NCBI GenBank assembly: GCA_965240325.2
Contig: OZ251236.1
Location: 186,001-250,000, forward strand
DNA: 64,000 nucleotides
Direction of reading: 5' to 3'
Source: Rebecca billardiae RCC1528
Lineage: Eukaryota; Protista; Haptophyta
Shown: positions 58,023 to 64,000 of the stretch, piece after piece
How positions within the stretch are numbered: position 1 is the stretch's first letter
Layout: every line of letters begins with the position of its first letter
The notes under the pieces: generated by a model
What the model saw: only the letters and a program-made list of their open reading frames with translations
Told to the model about the DNA's origin: nothing
The model's database searches: none
Program-made: the position numbers and the translations under genes

Positions 58023-58860
58023 GACTGACGAAACAGTAGGCAGCGCGACGCGCATGATGGGGGCATGGCGAGCATGGCGAGCATGGGCGCGGCTGCGGGG
58101 CCACTGGCCGAGACCTCGCGACCGCCCGCCGCCTCGCCGCGTGACGCGCGCCCTCTCGCCCTCGGGTGACCGGTGACGGGTCTGTATAGGCAGTATATAA
58201 GACCCACATGAGAGTAGATTGAGGTGGGGGCCGCGTTGATAAACGCGTGAGGTGACTAGGTCACACCCCCGAAGCCGTCCAGGATGCGACGCCGACCAGA
58301 AAGGACTCGCCGAATGAGTCGCCGATGATTCGAGCAACTACGCCGACACTCGACAGAAGCCGACCGCCTAGACGCCGAAGAGGAAGTACTCGATGGAGCA
58401 CGTAGATAGACCGCAGGCGCTGGCAGCCGACGCCCTCCCCCAACGCAAGTTTGGGCCGAGCGCGGCGCCGCAGGGGGCAGAGGCCTCGAGGGCCTCCACC
58501 CAGAAGGAGGTGTGGAATGCCACACCCCGTAGGGGTGGTGGCCGGGGGCCCGAAGAGGCCGAGGCCGCCGAAGGGGTAGCGCGAGGACCGAAGGCGGCAG
58601 AGGCCCAGAGGGGCTCCCCGCAGGATTGTGTGAGGACGAACCCGACGGTAAGTGCGACGAGTAGGCACAAAGACATGCGCGGCGGCGGCGGCGCAGGCGG
58701 GAAGCAGGCGCGAGACACGCACGCGCACGCGTAGCGTCAGATAAGGTAGCAGGTCGCATCCCCACACACAGCAGTGCACTGCAGACTGCAGAGGAGGCGG
58801 CAGAGAAGGAGAGAGCAGCACCCACCCGCCAGGCGATGAAGGCAAGCGAGACTGCGAAGC

Positions 58861-59115
58861 GTGAGAAGATTGCAGACGGGGACGCCTGGGAGCGGTTCCG
58901 AGGCGCCCCCATCGAAAGCAGAGCATGCGGAGATTGCAGACGGGGACGCCTCGAAGCGGTTCCGAGGCGCCCCCATCGAAAGCAGAGCATGAGAAGATTG
59001 CAGACGGGGACGCCCCGAAGCGGTTCCGAGGCGCCCCCATCGAAAGCAGAGCATGGGACGATTGCAGACGGGGACGCCTCGAAGCGGTTCCGAGGCGCCC
59101 CCATCGAAAGCAGAG
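58861..59115 (+). repeat. 64-bp tandem repeat x4, within a probable repetitive element ending at a (TA) tract near 59545
   Basis: TTGCAGACGGGGACGCC at 58870, 58934, 58998 and 59062. Confidence 0.9.
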
Positions 59116-59693
59116 AGCACCCGGAGGGGTCCGAGGTGCCCTCGCAGAGAGCAGAAGCGACAGACAGCCCGATCGCGCGTTGGCAGCAAGCAGGGCAGGT
59201 GCACGAGTGGAGAGAGCGAGGGCTGAGGGCGGCCTACCGCCGACGCACACGCACCTGGAAGAAACAACTCCCAGAGGAGGGGCAGCCACCAGCGCCGCGG
59301 TGACCCAGCAGCCACGCCGGCCGCCGAGCCGCGGGTGCAGCCAGCGAGCGCGCGCAGAGAGGCGCATCGCTTGCCCGAAGCTACTGCGCGGATCCGCGCC
59401 CTGACCCCCTGTCCGGGCCTGGCTCGGCTTGACGACCGGAAAACCTTCGGGCAGCCGGACCCGGGCTGCCAGCCCGCCCTCATGAGGGCTACCGAGTACC
59501 GGACCCGGTGAGTTATACCCGCATAACCGAGCGGTTATACAACCATATATGTATATATATATATATGCGGGCGGGTAATAATGTCGCGGGGCGAGTCACT
59601 AGTCAGGAACTCTTAGTAGCAGCGCAGCTCTGGTGCAGCAGAGTAATAGCGTGCATGAAATAGTAGTATATATATATATTAATTATATATATC

Positions 59694-59696
<3 letters not shown>

Positions 59697-59767
<71 letters not shown>
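59697..59767. repeat. (TA)n microsatellite
   Basis: Direct reading. Confidence 0.95.
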
Positions 59768-59771
<4 letters not shown>

Positions 59772-59963
59772 ATGATGATGACGATTCGGACGGCCGGGGC
59801 CCAGTCAGCAGTGCTATTCGAGCGGACTGCTGAGTGCTGGCGGCACAACGTCAACGGTATATACTCGTCGGTAGAATAACTACGAGTCCCGCGCGGGCCG
59901 CACACTGACACGGTCACAGGCACAGTACCGTGTCGCTACGGCACCGTGCTCAGAGCACCGCGA

Positions 59964-60924
59964 CTAGAGCAACTCTGCTGGCTCCTGCGCAGCCACCTCG
60001 GCAGGGCGCGGCAGGTTGCTCACGACCAGCGCGCCGACGAGGAGCGCCGAGCCCACCGCCAGGCAGCCGTACGCCGCCAGGCGGAGCGGGTTTCCTGTGC
60101 CGCGCGTGCCGAGCGTTGGCATGATGGACGGCAGCCGGCGTCTCTGCCTTTGCGTCCTCATCATAAGGCCCTGTCCCCATAATTTCTTGCACGATGCCGC
60201 GCACGGGCTCGAGCCCCTTCTTGATGGCGAGCAGCAGGCTCTGACTATCGCCTGCGATGGTGGTGCCGGTGGCCCCCGCATCGCAGTCCTTCTCGAGCTG
60301 GGCGTACTCGGTCATGGCAGCCGGCTCGCCGCCGGCGCTGACGCCCGATGCAATGGCCTGCACGGCGGAGGGCACGCGCGGTGCGTGCGGGTGGCGGTCA
60401 GCAAGCGGCGTGCGCGTGCGCGTGTGCGGCATACGGACGAGGTCCACCCCCTCCCTCCCTTCCGCCGCACGGTGCGCTCGCGCGCACACCTGCCACTTGG
60501 CCATGCAGCCGGCGGGCGCCTGGCAGGTGGCCTTCATCGCGCCATCCGGGGTGATCGCCCCGGATGGCGGGCTGGGCAGGCCGAGAGACACCACGCCATC
60601 GCGGATCGGGTCGAGGCACGGGTCACAGAAGAAGCCGAGGCCATCCTTCGCCAGCAACAGCTTGTTCTTGGTCTCCTCGTCGGCCATTGACGACATCGTC
60701 TCGAGCATGCCCGGGATGCCCGAGCAGTCAACCTCGCTGTCTTGCTTGCAGACGTCCTGGAGGATTCTGCTCAGGGGCACCATGGGCTCGTCCCCGTACC
60801 CGGTGATGGGGGGACAATACGCGTCCTGCGCCGCCACCGCCGCGCACAAGGTCGCGAGGATAGTCGTGAGCAGAGCGTGTCGACCACATCCTGCCGTACC
60901 GACGACGGTGAACTGCAGGGCCAA
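59964..60924 (-). CDS. Cys-rich secreted/membrane protein, possibly disrupted
   Basis: Signal-like ALLTTILATLCAAVAAQ, Cys-rich ectodomain, GT-AG intron ~60489-60358. The TM segment LAAYGCLAVGSALLVGALVV lies in a different frame, and there is no in-frame ATG before the signal segment. Confidence 0.45.
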
Positions 60925-61008
60925 TACATACTGTGTCTCTTATTCTTAGTATACATAACTGTACAAGGCCCGAAAGCTGGTACTACTATTAGATATAGTA
61001 ATATATAG

Positions 61009-61042
<34 letters not shown>

Positions 61043-61047
<5 letters not shown>

Positions 61048-61700
61048 CGACGTGGTATGCAACGGGGAGGCGTCAGAGTCAGCAAGCTGTAGCAGCAGAT
61101 CGAGCAGCAGAGACAAACACCAGGATCAGCGCTCCTCGCCGTCGTCCGAGGGACCACGACCGAACTCGTGCCAGAGGAGGTGGGGGTCGCACTGGCACCT
61201 CCTCTGGCCGACCCCCACCTCCTCTGGGGCTCCAGAGGAGGTGGGGGTCAGTGGCGCCGCGGCTGGGAGGCGCGGGGCCGACGCGGGTGCGTGCCGCGAG
61301 CCCTCGTCTCGGGCGCGCATCACCGCGTGCACAGCGCGCGCGGGCGCCCTGGCGCGCGCGCATCGCCTGCGTGCACTGAGTGAGCCTCGATCTCCCGCTG
61401 CGCGCTGCCTCGAACGCGCATCGCCACTCGCACGCGCAGGCCTGCCGCGCACGGCTTGGGCTTTTCAGCACCGGCTGGCGGCGGCGCGCCGGGTGAGGGC
61501 TCGGCCGGTGATGCGGCCTTCGCCCTGGCCGAGACTTGGCGGAGGCGTGGGTAGTGCCATCGCCTGCCCGGATCCCGGGCCTCGCCGTCAGAGTGTACAC
61601 GCGAGGCGCGCTGTCGTGGTCGACAGGTGAGGCGGTGCGCGCTCGCCCTCGAGCGGGCAGCGGACGTACCGGCAGGCGCGCGCGAGCACAGCGGGGCTGT
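61043..61700 (-). mobile_element. Second relic of the (TA)-associated, probable CRE-type retroelement
   Basis: 61043-61150 aligns with 31413-31540 and abuts (TA)~16 at 61013-61044. The far boundary is uncertain. Confidence 0.5.
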
Positions 61701-62766
61701 CGAGCTGCTCCCGGCTGGGTAGATCGACGGCGCATGCCCTGGCCCTGGTCTGGGAGGCCTGCGCGGGTTCGGAGACCGGTGAACGCTCGGCGCGGACCCA
61801 TGTCTTGCCGGGCACGGTTGCGCGACAGCTCGGCAGCCAGTCTCGATGATGAGTGGCATCAGAGCGCTTGCCGGCGTGCTGGCAGGCTCAACCGCCGGGC
61901 CGATGCCCACGCCTTGGCCGGGATGCGACCAGCTCCCGAGTCCTCCGCAGCCGCCTGCCGCCGTCGACCCGCCGCCCAAGGCCCGCGGCCGGCGGGCCGC
62001 GCTGTCCGATAGCCCGCGGCACGCAGCAGGCCGCAGGACGCGCTGCGTCAGCGCGAGAGGGCTGAGTTCGTGAGGGATACTGTATCCTCAACACGTCTGG
62101 AAGAGTTCTAGGAGCTGACGCAGGTTCACGGACCGTAGGCTGCTCGTCATTCGTCCCGCGACCCGGCAGCGGGCAGCATCAGGCTCAGCTTCCCAGTCGT
62201 CGGCTGACGACTTGCTGACAATCAATCCTTGATCGCGGTCCTTCAGCTGCGAGCGCCCGGCGCCATCGTGCCCGGCGCCGGCTGGCTGCCGACGACAGCG
62301 ACCTGAGACGGCCGGACGGTGGTGCATCGGGCCTGCTCATGGCCGCGTCCGAATGTACGTGGCGCCGAGCGCGCCACGGCCGGTCGTTCTATGCGATAGA
62401 TCCGCCGCACTAGCCTAGGGCCGCACCGCCGGCCACCGGACACCCGCACGAGGGTGTCGGGTGTCCTCGCGGTCGCGCCTCAAGTTGGGCGAGGAGGAAG
62501 CCGGCAGCCTTTCGTCGGGAGTTCGACTGAGAAATCGGAGCGTGGCCTTCCAGGGGCGTTCCCCGCATCGGTCATACGCCAAATTGAACCGTCTTCCTAT
62601 TGGAACGGGCTTCGTCCATTTGAAGCGGGTACATTGAATACGGAAAAAGGCAAAGCCCCCCCAGGGGGGGCTTTGCTTTTCGGGAGCGTGTGGCAGGATC
62701 CCGGGAACGCCCTTGGGAAGGCGATGGCCGCTGAGGCCACAGCCAATCAGAAGAGGCCTTCATGAG

Positions 62767-63548
62767 ATGCGGGGAGATCTCTTTCACTCTTTTGGTGCGC
62801 AGCGGCGGCGGCGGCCGGTGGCCACGGGCTCGCTTGTTCACCAATCCACGATGGCGCGGGACCTCCTCCACGAGGGCCTCGCTTGACCAGTGACCTTGCA
62901 GCCCCAAGGCCGCCGAGCGGACCTCCTAGACGCCTGCCGCACGCCGGCAGGATGTTTGCAGGGCTCGACGAGCGCTCTGACACGCGCACGGCGAGGCAGC
63001 TGCGCGAAGATGTTGGCCGGCTGGAGCGCGAGAAGGCTGAGCTCTGCACCAGGCTGGGGCTGAGCCAGTCTCGCGCCAAGGAGCTCAAGGAGGAGAACAC
63101 CCAGCTCGCGCAGAACATGTGCGTGATGCTGAAGACGGTGAGGCAGGAGCTCAAGCGGAAGGAGCTGCAGCACGCGCAGCTGACTCCGAGTGCGAGAGTG
63201 GGCGGTGCGCGCGCGCACGGCAAGAGCGCAATGCGAACGCCATCAGCGCAGCGCCCATCGGATGTTAGGCTGCAGCCCCGGCTCGCCGCGGGGGACGCTG
63301 GGCGCGGGCCGCCGCAGCGCCCGTCAAATGCCGCCCTGCCGGCTCATCAACTCCCAGAGGATGCTCGTCGAGGGCTGCCAGTGGTGATGTCGGCGGCGCA
63401 CACCGACCGGGGGCCGCACCGCCCGCCGAGTTATGGGCGGCAGCCTCGACGTGACGATGCAGCGAACGTCGGACGGCGACCACCGCCAACCTCAGGGCGT
63501 GACCGTGATTACAACCGGGGTGATGAGCGCTCGGGCCCTCCGTGGTGA
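62767..63548 (+). CDS. Coiled-coil protein resembling the CASP8AP2/FLASH N-terminal region
   Basis: LKEENTQLAQNMCVMLKTVRQELKRKE parallels the FLASH-type L..N..L..NIS.L.KTAR.EI.RKD pattern. First exon (ATG 62767, intron from 62795) is tentative; alternative ATG at 62952. Confidence 0.5.
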
Positions 63549-64000
63549 CCGCCATCGGCCTGCGCGCGTGCCAACCGTGCGTCGCGACTTGCTGGCGAAT
63601 TTCGTCCGTTTAGGCGGCGCCAGGCGCCACTGACGGGCGCCGACGCGACGGCGGTGTCCATGGTTACGACCGAACTCGGATCTGTTCTACCGCGGGCTGA
63701 ATAGTAGAGTCTGATGACAATGGTCGAACAATATCGCGTATCCCCTTACCGCAGTCTGCTTCTATACGAAGCAGATTTGGGTGGGCGGCGGCGTGGGAGC
63801 GCTGGGCGCGCAGGTAGACGGCGCGAGCGGGCGCGCGCACGCTTGGGGGCATCTTTGGGACCATACCCATCGATGACCCGAGCCTCGCCGCCACCGCCCT
63901 TCCCCTTCTCCCGTGCCACGGCGTCCAGACGGAGTGCCAAACGAGCGTTTGAACATGCCACGAAGCAGATTTGGAATGGTGCTCAAACCGCTGCGGAGGG

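Noticed and set aside
58861-59115. CRISPR-like 64-bp periodicity
   Set aside because: The variable part is only ~5 bp; this is a plain tandem repeat.
63664-64000. Possible 3' end of a minus-strand gene, with a 15-bp duplication ACGAAGCAGATTTGG
   Set aside because: Too short and truncated; no consistent exon model or motif.

Overview
Very GC-rich eukaryotic nuclear DNA with short GC-rich GT-AG introns (typically GTGCGC...GCGCAG). An LHC gene carrying a bipartite-type presequence points to an alga with a secondary red plastid, plausibly a haptophyte such as a Pavlovales species (inference). About 19 protein genes can be supported. They include a GT25-like glycosyltransferase, an EsV-1-7 Cys-repeat protein, an MFS transporter, MoaA/CNX2, a 5-exon membrane hybrid histidine kinase, a double-B3-domain protein, a GT77-like glycosyltransferase, a HET-like protein, TMEM256, an EF-hand-like protein, a lectin-like type-I membrane protein, a macro/PARG-like protein, an LHC and a FLASH-like coiled coil. 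Two adjacent co-oriented genes are the most striking. The first is a receptor-like protein (signal peptide + PA-like ectodomain + 7TM + cytoplasmic HET/TIR-like domain, 38398-41088). The second is a ~2400-aa fusion of a clan GH-A glycoside hydrolase barrel to a GT48 beta-1,3-glucan synthase (41578-49094). Intergenic DNA holds a 7-kb foldback element with internal 214-bp satellite arrays and three other non-autonomous TIR elements (Tc1/mariner-like, PIF/Harbinger-like, and P/Galileo-like with a 7-bp TSD). It also holds relics of a probable CRE-type non-LTR retroelement beside (TA)n tracts, plus mini- and microsatellites. No rRNA, tRNA or CRISPR array was recognised. All family calls are from motif recognition by eye, not database searches.
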